Positions 39,420-48,177 of a stretch of DNA of 64,000 bases are shown here, one piece after another. The notes beneath the pieces were generated by a model, which saw only the letters and a program-made list of their open reading frames with translations, was not told the DNA's origin and ran no database searches. The position numbers and the translations under genes were made by a program. Positions within the stretch are counted from its first letter, which is position 1. The number at the start of each line of letters is the position of its first letter. Source of the stretch: an uncultured Candidatus Rokubacteria bacterium (GTDB lineage Bacteria > Methylomirabilota > Methylomirabilia > Rokubacteriales > CSP1-6); contig CAVXJS010000009.1 of the NCBI GenBank assembly GCA_963762145.1, positions 320,001-384,000 of the forward strand. Direction: 5' to 3'.

Positions 39420-41756
39420 ATGGCAAAGACCCGGAAACGGCGCGCGACTCCTTCCCGGACCGCCCAGGCCGGCGCGGCGCACGCCGCGGCCGTCACGGAC
39501 GGCGCGCGGACCATCATCTTCGTCCACGGGATCGGCAACAAGCCGATCCAGTCCGTCCTCAAGTGCCAGTGGGACAACGCTCTCTTCGACTTCGACCTGG
39601 GCGAGCGGAGCCGGCTCGCGTACTGGGTCAACCGCGAGTTCTACCCAGACCCGACCACCGACACGTGCCAGAGCGGCGACACCGTGAAGCTCGAGGACGA
39701 GCCGACCGGGCGGGGCCTCAGCATCCGGAGCCATCTCGAGGCCGTCACCCTGAACGACGAGGTCGCCGCGGTGACCGACAACGAGCGGCAGCAGCGCCTC
39801 CTCCTGTCCATCGCGCGCAAGATGCAGACGAGCGCCGCCGTGCCGAAGGTTCGCGGGGTCGGGGCCCGCGGCGTCGGTGCCAAGGTCCTCCCGTTCGCCG
39901 GGCTGCGCGACTTCGTCACCCGGTCCTTGACGCGCGCGTTTCTCCGCGACGTCAACGACTACTTCTTCGTCCCGGCGCGCCGCGAGGCGATGCGCCGCAG
40001 CGTGCTCGAGCGGATCGAAGCGGGCGGCGGCCCCTTCGTGGTGATCGGGCACAGCCAGGGCTCGATGGTCGCGTACGACGTCCTGCAGAGCCTCCCGGCC
40101 GACGTGGACGTGCCCCTGTTCGTGACGATCGGCTCCCCGCTCGGCATCACCGAGGTGCAGGACCAGGTCAAGCGCCTGACCAACCAGCGGAGCCTCGCGG
40201 TGCCGGCCTGCGTCCGGGAATGGGTGAACGTCGCCGATCCGCTGGACCCGGTCGCGCTCGACAAGGACCTCAGCAACGACTTCGCGCCGTCGTCGCGCAT
40301 CCGCAACGTCCGGCACGGGAACCCGGACAGCCCGCGCAATCCCCACTCGGGCACCGGGTATCTCCGGACCCCGCCGGTCCAGGACGCGGTCCACGACGCG
40401 GTCTCGATCGGCCTGTTCCAGCCGGTCGCCGACTTCGTCGTCACGCGCGATCTGGTCCGGAACCTCGAGAACTGCCCCCCGGAGGAGCGGCACCCGGTCC
40501 TGATCGAGCTCTCCCAGGAGCCGGCCCAGGCCGCCGGGCCCGGCCAGGACCTGGAGGCGGTCCGGCAGACCGTGACCGCCCACGTCCGCCGCCTCACGCG
40601 GGCGTCCGACGAGGTCCTGAACCTGGAGGAGCTGCGGCACTTCGTCGCGGCAAAGCTGAGCCGCACCGAGGTCGAGACGCTCGCCTCCAACCCGGAGCTG
40701 CGCAGCCTCAAGGTCCGGCGCGTCTGGCGGAACGCGGTGAAGCGTGCGCTGCTCGACGTGTCGGTCCACACCGTGCAGGCGTTCCCGGCGCACGCGGGTT
40801 ATCGGGCGAGCGGCCGGGCGATCGACTGGGCCATCCTGGACACCGGCGTCAACGCGGGGCACCCGCACTTCAAGACCTTCGGAAACATCGGACCGCAGTA
40901 CGACTGCACGGCGCGGGGCCCGCTCAAGGTCGGGGTCGCGCCGGACGAGAACGGACACGGCACCCACGTGGCCGGCATCATCGCGGGAACCTACACCGTT
41001 CCCGGGCCGGTCCCTCGCGTGCTCTCCGGCATGGCGCCGGAGGCGCGGCTGCACATCTACAAGGTCCTGGATCGCCGGGGCAACGGCGACGACGCCTGGA
41101 TCATCAAGGCGCTCGATCACATCGCGGAGACGAACCGCAAGGCGGGACGGCCCGTGATCCAGGGCGTGAACCTGAGCCTGGGCGGTCCGTTCGACCAGAG
41201 CGTCTTCGGCTGCGGGCACTCCCCGCTGTGCCAGGAGCTGCGCCGCCTCTGGCAGCAGGGCGTCGTGGTCGTGCTCGCGGCGGGCAACGAAGGGTTCGCG
41301 GTGCTGCAGACCCTGGACGGCACGGTGGACGCGAACATGGATCTCTCGATCGGCGACCCCGCGAACCTCGAGGAGGCGATCGCGGTGGGCTCCATCCACA
41401 AGCAGAATCCCCACACCTACGGCATCTCGTACTTTTCATCCCGTGGCCCGACTGCCGACGGGCGACAGAAGCCCGACCTGGTCGCGCCCGGCGAGCGCAT
41501 TCTCTCGTGCCGCCACCGCTTCGCGGCCGGCGCGCGCACCGCCCAGGATCTCTACGTGGAGATGAGCGGCACGAGCATGGCCGCCCCGCACGTCTCCGGC
41601 GTCCTGGCCGCCTTCCTGTCCATGCGCCGGGAGTTCATCGGCGATCCGGACGCGGCCAAGAAGATCCTCCTGGGCAACTGCACCGATCTGGCCCGCGACC
41701 GCCCCCAGCAGGGCGCGGGGATGCCCAACCTGGTGCGCATGATGCTGAGCACCTAG
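39420..41756 (+). CDS. fusion of N-terminal alpha/beta hydrolase (lipase-like) and C-terminal S8 subtilase
   Basis: FVHGIG, GHSQG nucleophile elbow, FVTIGSPL, DPLDPV, NPH. Then the S8 triad ILDTG / DENGHGTHVAG / MSGTSMAAPHVSG and oxyanion AAGNEG. Confidence 0.9.
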   Translation: MAKTRKRRATPSRTAQAGAAHAAAVTDGARTIIFVHGIGNKPIQSVLKCQWDNALFDFDLGERSRLAYWVNREFYPDPTTDTCQSGDTVKLEDEPTGRGLSIRSHLEAVTLNDEVAAVTDNERQQRLLLSIARKMQTSAAVPKVRGVGARGVGAKVLPFAGLRDFVTRSLTRAFLRDVNDYFFVPARREAMRRSVLERIEAGGGPFVVIGHSQGSMVAYDVLQSLPADVDVPLFVTIGSPLGITEVQDQVKRLTNQRSLAVPACVREWVNVADPLDPVALDKDLSNDFAPSSRIRNVRHGNPDSPRNPHSGTGYLRTPPVQDAVHDAVSIGLFQPVADFVVTRDLVRNLENCPPEERHPVLIELSQEPAQAAGPGQDLEAVRQTVTAHVRRLTRASDEVLNLEELRHFVAAKLSRTEVETLASNPELRSLKVRRVWRNAVKRALLDVSVHTVQAFPAHAGYRASGRAIDWAILDTGVNAGHPHFKTFGNIGPQYDCTARGPLKVGVAPDENGHGTHVAGIIAGTYTVPGPVPRVLSGMAPEARLHIYKVLDRRGNGDDAWIIKALDHIAETNRKAGRPVIQGVNLSLGGPFDQSVFGCGHSPLCQELRRLWQQGVVVVLAAGNEGFAVLQTLDGTVDANMDLSIGDPANLEEAIAVGSIHKQNPHTYGISYFSSRGPTADGRQKPDLVAPGERILSCRHRFAAGARTAQDLYVEMSGTSMAAPHVSGVLAAFLSMRREFIGDPDAAKKILLGNCTDLARDRPQQGAGMPNLVRMMLST

Positions 41757-41763
41757 GCCAGCC

Positions 41764-43365
41764 ATGACGACCGCGAGCGGCAAGAACATCGTGATCTGCT
41801 CGGACGGGACCGGCAACACCGCGATCAAGGGCCGCGGCACGAACGTGTTCAAGCTCTTCGAGGCGGTGGACCTGAACGGGCACCGCACCGACCCGCGCCT
41901 GCCGCCCCAGGTCGCGATCTACGACGACGGGGTGGGGACCGAGGACTTCAAGCCGGTCCGCGTGGTCGCCGGGGCCACCGGATACGGGCTCAGCCGGAAC
42001 GTCCGGCAGCTCTACAAGGAGCTGGTGCGGATCTACGATCCCGGCGACCGCATCTTCCTCTTCGGCTTCAGCCGCGGGGCGTTCACGGTGCGCACGCTGG
42101 CGGGCCTGATCGGCTTCTGCGGGATCGTGGACGTGCGGCGGCTCCCCACCGTCGACGCATTGACCGCCGCGGTGAAGCGCGCATACCGGGCCTACCGGGC
42201 GCGCTACCGCACCCCCCTCGGCAAGCTGCTCCGCGGCGAGGTCGATCCGCAGGCGATCGAGCGCTTCCGGGCCGAGTGCTGCCACGAGCTCCCGGCCCCG
42301 GTGCACTTCCTCGGCGTGTGGGACACGGTGGACGCGGTCGGCCTGCCGTTCCATCTCGGAGAGGTCATCAACCTGACGATCTACCGGTTCAAGTTCCCCG
42401 ACCAGCACCTCGGGCCCATCGTGCAGACGGCCTGTCACGCGCTCTCGGTGGATGACGAGCGGCACGCCTTCCACCCGCTCCTGTGGCATCACCGCGACGC
42501 GGGTGACGACCGGCGCATCGACCAGACCTGGTTCGCGGGCGCCCATTCCAACGTGGGCGGCGGCTATCCCAAGCAGGGCGTGTCGCTCGTCGCGCTGGAG
42601 TGGATGCTCCAGAAAGCCGAGACCGCCGGGCTCCGGCTGGTCCCGGGCGATCGCGGCTACTACCGCGACCACGCGAACGTGGACGACAAGGTCTACGACC
42701 CGCGGGCGGGGATCGGCATGTTCTACCGGTGGAAGCCGCGCGACGTGGCCGCGCTGTGCGACGCCAATCGGGTGGCGCCGACCGTGCATCTCAGCGTGCT
42801 GGAGCGCATCGCGCACGGCACGGAGGACTACGCTCCGGGCAACCTGGCCCCGAACGCCCGGGTCGTCATCACGCCGTCGGGGGAGGCCACCGCCGACGAG
42901 GCGGCCCGGGCCCGCGCCCGGGGCGTCGAGGCCGTCCTCCACGAGGCGCACCGAGCCGACCCGCGCCCGCTCCTCGCGCGGGTGCGCGGCCCGATCGTGA
43001 TCGGACTCCTCTCGTACTACGTCTACATCGCCGCGTGCGTGGCCGTGGTCGCCGCAGCGTCGGCCCCCGCGGATATTGGCACCACCGGATGGGCCTGGCG
43101 GTGGCTCACCGGCGCGGCCACCCTGATCGGGAACGTCGTGACGCTCCAGGTGGGCGAGCTCTGGAAGACGGTCAAGACGATGGCGACGTCGCCCTGGCTC
43201 TTCGGCCCGCTCGTCGCCGGGTTCTTGCTCTCCTACGCGCTCGCCTTCGTGGCCGACCGCCGCATGAGCCGTGTCTTCTCGGGCTTCTGGTACGAGCAGC
43301 AGCCCCGGCTACGCGCCGCCTTGAAAGCCGCGCGCAAGGAGTCCGGAGGGCCGGCCGGAGGATGA
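41764..43365 (+). CDS. DUF2235 (Tle1-like) phospholipase domain protein with C-terminal TM helices
   Basis: NIVICSDGTGN, TNVFKL, YDDGVGT, FGFSRGA, GVWDTV, HALSVDDER, WFAGAHSNVGGGY; hydrophobic segments near the C-terminus. Confidence 0.9.
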   Translation: MTTASGKNIVICSDGTGNTAIKGRGTNVFKLFEAVDLNGHRTDPRLPPQVAIYDDGVGTEDFKPVRVVAGATGYGLSRNVRQLYKELVRIYDPGDRIFLFGFSRGAFTVRTLAGLIGFCGIVDVRRLPTVDALTAAVKRAYRAYRARYRTPLGKLLRGEVDPQAIERFRAECCHELPAPVHFLGVWDTVDAVGLPFHLGEVINLTIYRFKFPDQHLGPIVQTACHALSVDDERHAFHPLLWHHRDAGDDRRIDQTWFAGAHSNVGGGYPKQGVSLVALEWMLQKAETAGLRLVPGDRGYYRDHANVDDKVYDPRAGIGMFYRWKPRDVAALCDANRVAPTVHLSVLERIAHGTEDYAPGNLAPNARVVITPSGEATADEAARARARGVEAVLHEAHRADPRPLLARVRGPIVIGLLSYYVYIAACVAVVAAASAPADIGTTGWAWRWLTGAATLIGNVVTLQVGELWKTVKTMATSPWLFGPLVAGFLLSYALAFVADRRMSRVFSGFWYEQQPRLRAALKAARKESGGPAGG

Positions 43366-43408
43366 GCGTCCGTTGCGCCCGGCCGCGGGGCCGGGTAGCA
43401 TCGGCCGC

Positions 43409-44593
43409 ATGACGACGGCGCGCACCGCGGAGGTGGTGATCATCGGGGGCGGCGTGACCGGCGCCAGCACCGCGTTTCACCTGACCCGGCGCGGGATCAC
43501 CGACGTGATCGTGGTGGACAAGGGCGCGATCGCCTCGGGCGGCACCGGGAAGAGCTCGGCGTGCGTACGCCAGCACTACTCGACGGCCGAGACCTGCCGG
43601 ATGATCCGGTACTCGCTCGACTTCTTCCAGCGCTTCGCTGAGCACACCGACGGCGGCTCGTGCGGGTTCCGCCACACCGGCTACCTCCTCGGGGTGGACG
43701 CGAAGATGCGCACGCCGATGGAGGCCTCGGTCGCGCTCCAGCGCTCGGTCGGCATCGACACGCGGCTCGTGTCGCCCACCGACATGCGCGAGATCGAGCC
43801 GCGCCTTCGCGCGGACGACCTGGTGGCCGGCTGCTACGAGCCGGCGTCGGGCTACTGCAACCCCGTCGAGACCGCGCAGGGCTTCGCGCGGGCCGCGCGC
43901 GCGGCGGGCGCGCGCATCCTGGAGGACACCGCGGTGATCGGCCTGCTCGTGGACGGCGACCGCGTGCGCGGCGTCCGCACCGTCGCGGGGGACATCCACT
44001 CTCCCGTGGTCGTCAACGCGGCGGGCCTGTGGAGCGCCCGGGTAGGCGCGATGGCGGGCGTCGAGCTGCCGATCCACGTATGCCGTCACCGGATCAGCAT
44101 CGTGGCCTGGCCGGAGGCCGATCGGCGCCCGCACCCGATGGTGTACGACTTCGTGACGAACATCTACACCCGGCCCGAGATGGGCGAGCACATCCTGGTC
44201 GGCGGGCTCGACGCCGAGGAATCGCAGGCCACCGCCGACCCCGACGCCTACCGGGAAGGCGTGAGCCTCGACGAGTCCACCGAGGCGCTCGCGCGCGTGA
44301 GCCATCGCTTCCCCGCCCTGGCCGACGGACACATCGCCCGCGGCTACGCGGGCTGCTTCGACGTCTCTCCCGACTGGCACCCCATCCTCGACCGGGTGGG
44401 CCCGGAGGGCTATCACGTGGCCGCGGGCTTCTCCGGCCACGGCTTCAAGCTCTCGCCGGCGGTGGGCCACATGATGGCCACCCTCATCGTCGAGGGGCCG
44501 GGCGGGCATCCGGATCTGCCCACCTTCCGCCTGGCCCGGTTCGCGGAGGGCAAGCCGATCCGAGGAACCTATGGCGACTGGCTGATGTGCTAG
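43409..44593 (+). CDS. FAD-dependent oxidoreductase (DadA/sarcosine oxidase beta-like)
   Basis: IIGGGVTG, GGTGKSSA, VNAAGLWS, SPDWHPIL, GFSGHGFK. Promoter TTGCGC-N17-TAGCAT 7 nt before ATG. Confidence 0.9.
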   Translation: MTTARTAEVVIIGGGVTGASTAFHLTRRGITDVIVVDKGAIASGGTGKSSACVRQHYSTAETCRMIRYSLDFFQRFAEHTDGGSCGFRHTGYLLGVDAKMRTPMEASVALQRSVGIDTRLVSPTDMREIEPRLRADDLVAGCYEPASGYCNPVETAQGFARAARAAGARILEDTAVIGLLVDGDRVRGVRTVAGDIHSPVVVNAAGLWSARVGAMAGVELPIHVCRHRISIVAWPEADRRPHPMVYDFVTNIYTRPEMGEHILVGGLDAEESQATADPDAYREGVSLDESTEALARVSHRFPALADGHIARGYAGCFDVSPDWHPILDRVGPEGYHVAAGFSGHGFKLSPAVGHMMATLIVEGPGGHPDLPTFRLARFAEGKPIRGTYGDWLMC

Positions 44594-45792
44594 CGCCGTC
44601 CCGTCCCTGGCTCGTCGTCGGCGCGGTCTGGATCACGCTCGCGATCGCCTCCGGCCTCTACTTCTCGTTCCCCATCTTCTTCGTCGCGCTCCTGGACGAG
44701 TTCGGCTGGTCGCGCGGCGCGACCGCGGCCGCGTTCTCCATCTCGTCGGTCGTGCAGGGCGTGCTGGCCCCGGTGGTCGGAATCCTCGTCGACCGCCTCG
44801 GGCCGCGGCGGGTGATGCTGGGAGGCGCAGGCGTGCTGGGGCTCGGGTGCGCGCTGTCGAGCCGCGTGGACTCGCTGTGGTCGCTCTACCTGATCGTCGG
44901 CGGGCTGACCGCGGCCGGGGCGTGCGCGGTGAGCTGGGTGCCCGCGGGCGCGCTGATCGCGCGCTGGTTCGCCGAGGGCCGGGGCACCGCGATGGGTGTG
45001 GCGTTCTCGGGCATGGGCGCGGGCGTGCTGACGGTGGGGCCGCTCGCCCAGTGGCTGATCGCGGGATCCGGCTGGCGCACCGCCTACCTCGCCCTGGGGC
45101 TCGGCACCCTCGCCGTGCTCCTGCCCCTCATCTGGCTGGGCGTGCACGACGGGCCGGGCGCGGCCGCGCCCGCGCGCGGCGCGAGCGCGGTCCCCCTCTC
45201 CTGGGGCGCGGAGATCGGCGACGCGCTGCGGACGCGCGCGTTCTGGGCCCTCTTCTTCGCGTACCTGTGCACCCCGCTGGCCGTCTTCTCGGTCGTCACG
45301 CACCAGGTGGCCTTCGCGGTCGACCACGGCTTCCCGCGGCTGTTCGTCGCCTCGATCTTCGGGCTCACCGGGCTGCTCTCGGTGGTGGGCCGCATCGGGT
45401 TCGGCGTCGCGGCGGACCGGATCGGGCGCGCTACCTCGGCCACGATCTCCTACGGCTGCACCGCGGTGGGGACGCTCTGCCTGCTCGGGCTCGAGGTGTG
45501 GCCGCACGTGGCCGCGCTCTACGCCTACGCGATCTTCTTCGGCCTGGGCTTCGGAGCCCGCGGGCCGATCATCACCGCGATGGCCTCCCAGCTCTTTCCG
45601 GGACGCTTCGGGGCGATCTACGGGCTGCTCAGCGTCGGCAACGGCATCGGCGGGGGCGTCGCGCCGTGGTTCGGCGGCTACGTCCACGACCTCACGGGGA
45701 GCTACCGGATCGCCTTCCTCACCGCGGTCGCCTTCTGCGCGGTCGGCGCGACGTGCTTCTGGCTCGCGCGCCCTCCGCGCGATGCGCTATGA
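44587..45792 (+). CDS. MFS transporter (OFA/MCT-like)
   Basis: About 12 TM helices, EFGWSR, GILVDRLGPRRV, ADRIGR, GYVHDLTGSY. Confidence 0.88.
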   Translation: MLAPSRPWLVVGAVWITLAIASGLYFSFPIFFVALLDEFGWSRGATAAAFSISSVVQGVLAPVVGILVDRLGPRRVMLGGAGVLGLGCALSSRVDSLWSLYLIVGGLTAAGACAVSWVPAGALIARWFAEGRGTAMGVAFSGMGAGVLTVGPLAQWLIAGSGWRTAYLALGLGTLAVLLPLIWLGVHDGPGAAAPARGASAVPLSWGAEIGDALRTRAFWALFFAYLCTPLAVFSVVTHQVAFAVDHGFPRLFVASIFGLTGLLSVVGRIGFGVAADRIGRATSATISYGCTAVGTLCLLGLEVWPHVAALYAYAIFFGLGFGARGPIITAMASQLFPGRFGAIYGLLSVGNGIGGGVAPWFGGYVHDLTGSYRIAFLTAVAFCAVGATCFWLARPPRDAL

Positions 45793-45800
45793 TCCGCCCG

Positions 45801-46595
45801 ATGCGCCTGGCGGGTCGCGTGGCGGCCATCACCGGAGGAGCGCTCGGGATCGGGCGCGCGACCGCGCGCACCTTCGCCGAGGAGGGCGCCATCGTCGCGC
45901 TCGGCGACGTGCAGGTCGAGGCCGCGGAGGCGGTGGCGCAGGAGATCCGCGGGCGCGGCGGCCGGGCGATCGCGATCGGCGTCGACGTGGGCGACGCGGC
46001 GGCGGTGCAGGCCTTCGTCGACCGCGTGGTCGCCGAGTTCGGGCGCCTCGACGTCATGTTCGCCAACGCGGGGATCGCGCACTCCGCGCCGTTCCTGGAG
46101 CACCCCGAGGCGCAGTGGCACCGGGTCCTGCGCGTCAACCTGACCGGCGTGTTCCTCTGCTGCCAGGCCGCCGCGCGCCAGATGGTGAAGCAGGGCGGCG
46201 GCCGGATCATCACCACCGCGTCGATCAACGCCTTCCGGGGCGTGGAGAACCTCGTCGGCTACAACGCGGCCAAGGCCGGCGTCATCGAGCTCACCCGCAC
46301 CATGGCGGTCGAGCTCGCGCACCATCGCATCGCGGTGAATGCGATCGCGCCTGCCCAGATCGACACCCGGCTGAGCCGGAGCCTCCCCGCGGACGCCCGG
46401 CGCCGGCGGGTGGAGCGCATCCCGATGGGCCGCTTCGGCGAGCCGGAGGAGGTGGCCCGGGTCGCGCTCTTCCTCGCCGGGGACGACGCCAGCTACGTCA
46501 CCGGCCACACGCTCGCGGTGGACGGCGGTTACCTGGCCGGGGGCCTCTGGTCGGGCGCGCCGGATGTCGGCGCCCCCGGCGGCACGCCGGGCTAG
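45801..46595 (+). CDS. SDR family NAD(P)-dependent oxidoreductase
   Basis: TGGALGIG, NAGI, YNAAK, VNAIAP, VDGG. TATGAT 7 nt before ATG 45801 (alternative start 45789). Confidence 0.92.
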   Translation: MRLAGRVAAITGGALGIGRATARTFAEEGAIVALGDVQVEAAEAVAQEIRGRGGRAIAIGVDVGDAAAVQAFVDRVVAEFGRLDVMFANAGIAHSAPFLEHPEAQWHRVLRVNLTGVFLCCQAAARQMVKQGGGRIITTASINAFRGVENLVGYNAAKAGVIELTRTMAVELAHHRIAVNAIAPAQIDTRLSRSLPADARRRRVERIPMGRFGEPEEVARVALFLAGDDASYVTGHTLAVDGGYLAGGLWSGAPDVGAPGGTPG

Positions 46596-46635
46596 CGTCC
46601 GGGCGGCCGTCCCGCGGCCGCTGCCACCGAGCCCG

Positions 46636-47848
46636 ATGGAACAGGCCCTGAGCGACGTCACGGTGATCGACCTCGGCCAGGTCATCGCGATGCCGTTCTG
46701 CACGATGCTCCTCGCCGACCTCGGCGCGCGGGTGATCAAGGTCGAGTCGCGGGAGCGCGGGCGCGAGCGCGTGTCGCTCGGGGTCAAGACGTCGCCGCGA
46801 CGGCGTCGAGGAGCGGGTGCCCGCCGCGCAGTACCGCGATCGCAACAAGCTCGGCGATCACGCTCGATCTGAAGACGCCGAGCCGGCGTCGAGCTCTTCC
46901 GCGAGCTGGTGCGACGCGCCGACGTGGTCACCGAGAACTTCAGCGTCGGCACGATGGCGCGCCTCGGCCTCGGCTACGAGGCGCTGCGCCGTCGTCAACC
47001 CCCGGCTCGTCTATGCCTCGATCACCGCGTTCGGCCAGCACCGGACCCTACGCGCCCCAGCGCGGCTACGACATGCTCGCGCAGGCGATCAGCGGCTACA
47101 TGAGCATCACCGGCGATCCCGACGGGCCGCCCACCCGATCCGGCCAGTCCATCTCCGACTACTACGCGGGCATGCTGTGCGCCTTCAGCATCGTCTCCGC
47201 GCTGCACTACCGGCAGCGCACCGGCCGAGGGCAGCACATCGACCTGGCCCTGCTCGACAGCCTCCTGGTGGCGCTGGACAACCTCGGCGAGCGCTACACG
47301 GTGGGCGGCGAGATCCTCACCCGCGCCGGCAACGTCTCGTTCGCCGGGTCGGCCACCGGGATCTACGCGACCACCGACGGCCACGTCGCCATCGCGGCCG
47401 CCGCGAGCAACGCGGTGTGGGCCCGCTTCTGCGCGGCCATCGGCCGCGGACGAGCTCGACGCGCGCCCCCGCGTTCGCCACCGCGGCGGCCCGGCGCGAC
47501 CGGCGCGACGAGATCGCCGCCATCATCCAGCGGTGGACCGGCGAACGGAGCAAGGCCGAGGCCGTGCGCGCCCTGACCATGGCCGGCGTGCCCGCCGCGC
47601 CGGTCAACAACGTGGCCGAGATGGTCGCCGATCCCCAGGTGCAGGCCCGCGAGATGTTCGTCGAGCTCGACCATCCGGTCTACGGGCCCTTGAAGACGAC
47701 CGGGACGCCGCTGAAGCTCTCGGAGACGCCCGGCCGGGTCCGCTGGCTGGCTCCCATGCCGGGGCAGGACAACCATGAGGTCTTCGTCGATCTCCTGGGC
47801 CACACGCCCGATGATCTCGAGCGCTGGCGCGCCGAGGGCGTGATCTGA
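46636..47848 (+). CDS. CaiB/BaiF family CoA transferase (frameshifted)
   Basis: VIDLGQVIAMPFCTMLLADLGARVIKVE, ADVVTENF, GYDMLAQAISG, TGRGQHID, PLKLSETPG. Confidence 0.9.
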
Positions 47849-47970
47849 CGGCCACCCGCGCGCCCCCGCTCTCTTAGCATTGTTCCGGTCGGCGCCTTGA
47901 CCCCACCTGGGGGCCATGGCCTCCGAGTCTTGGCCGGTTATGTCACGGGCACGGGACCCAAGCCGGGGCG

Positions 47971-47997
47971 CGCCCGCCGCCGGCGGGCGTTTCTGTT
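47971..47997 (+). terminator. intrinsic terminator-like hairpin
   Basis: CGCCCGCC-GCC-GGCGGGCG followed by TTTCTGTT. Confidence 0.55.
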
Positions 47998-48002
47998 GGC
48001 TA

Positions 48003-48129
48003 TTCTCTCCCGCTATAGGACGAAGGTCCCATGGTGCCGCCGGAGCACATGGATACACACTCCCCTGGAAGGCGCGACCTTCGAACCGGCGGACCGCGAT
48101 GTCAGCTATTCGCGGAGATCGGGAGGGAA
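48003..48129. ncRNA. candidate structured RNA of unknown class
   Basis: Nested helices: 48003-48012/48120-48129, 48021-48028/48076-48083 (perfect 8 bp), 48029-48037/48045-48052, 48094-48099/48110-48115. No family recognised. Confidence 0.35.
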
Positions 48130-48177
48130 CGTGCACAGCCCAATTGGGTTTCGGATGGGCTTGATGACGCAAGGCCA

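Noticed and set aside
41764-43365. Type VI secretion effector locus
   Set aside because: No vgrG, PAAR, hcp or adjacent immunity lipoprotein. The only Sel1 protein is 30 kb away.
47900-48100. tRNA-Sec or tmRNA (GGTTCGAA and ATAACCGGC-like strings on the minus strand)
   Set aside because: No T-stem pairing, acceptor stem or CCA end, and the putative tag frame does not end in an ALAA-like sequence.
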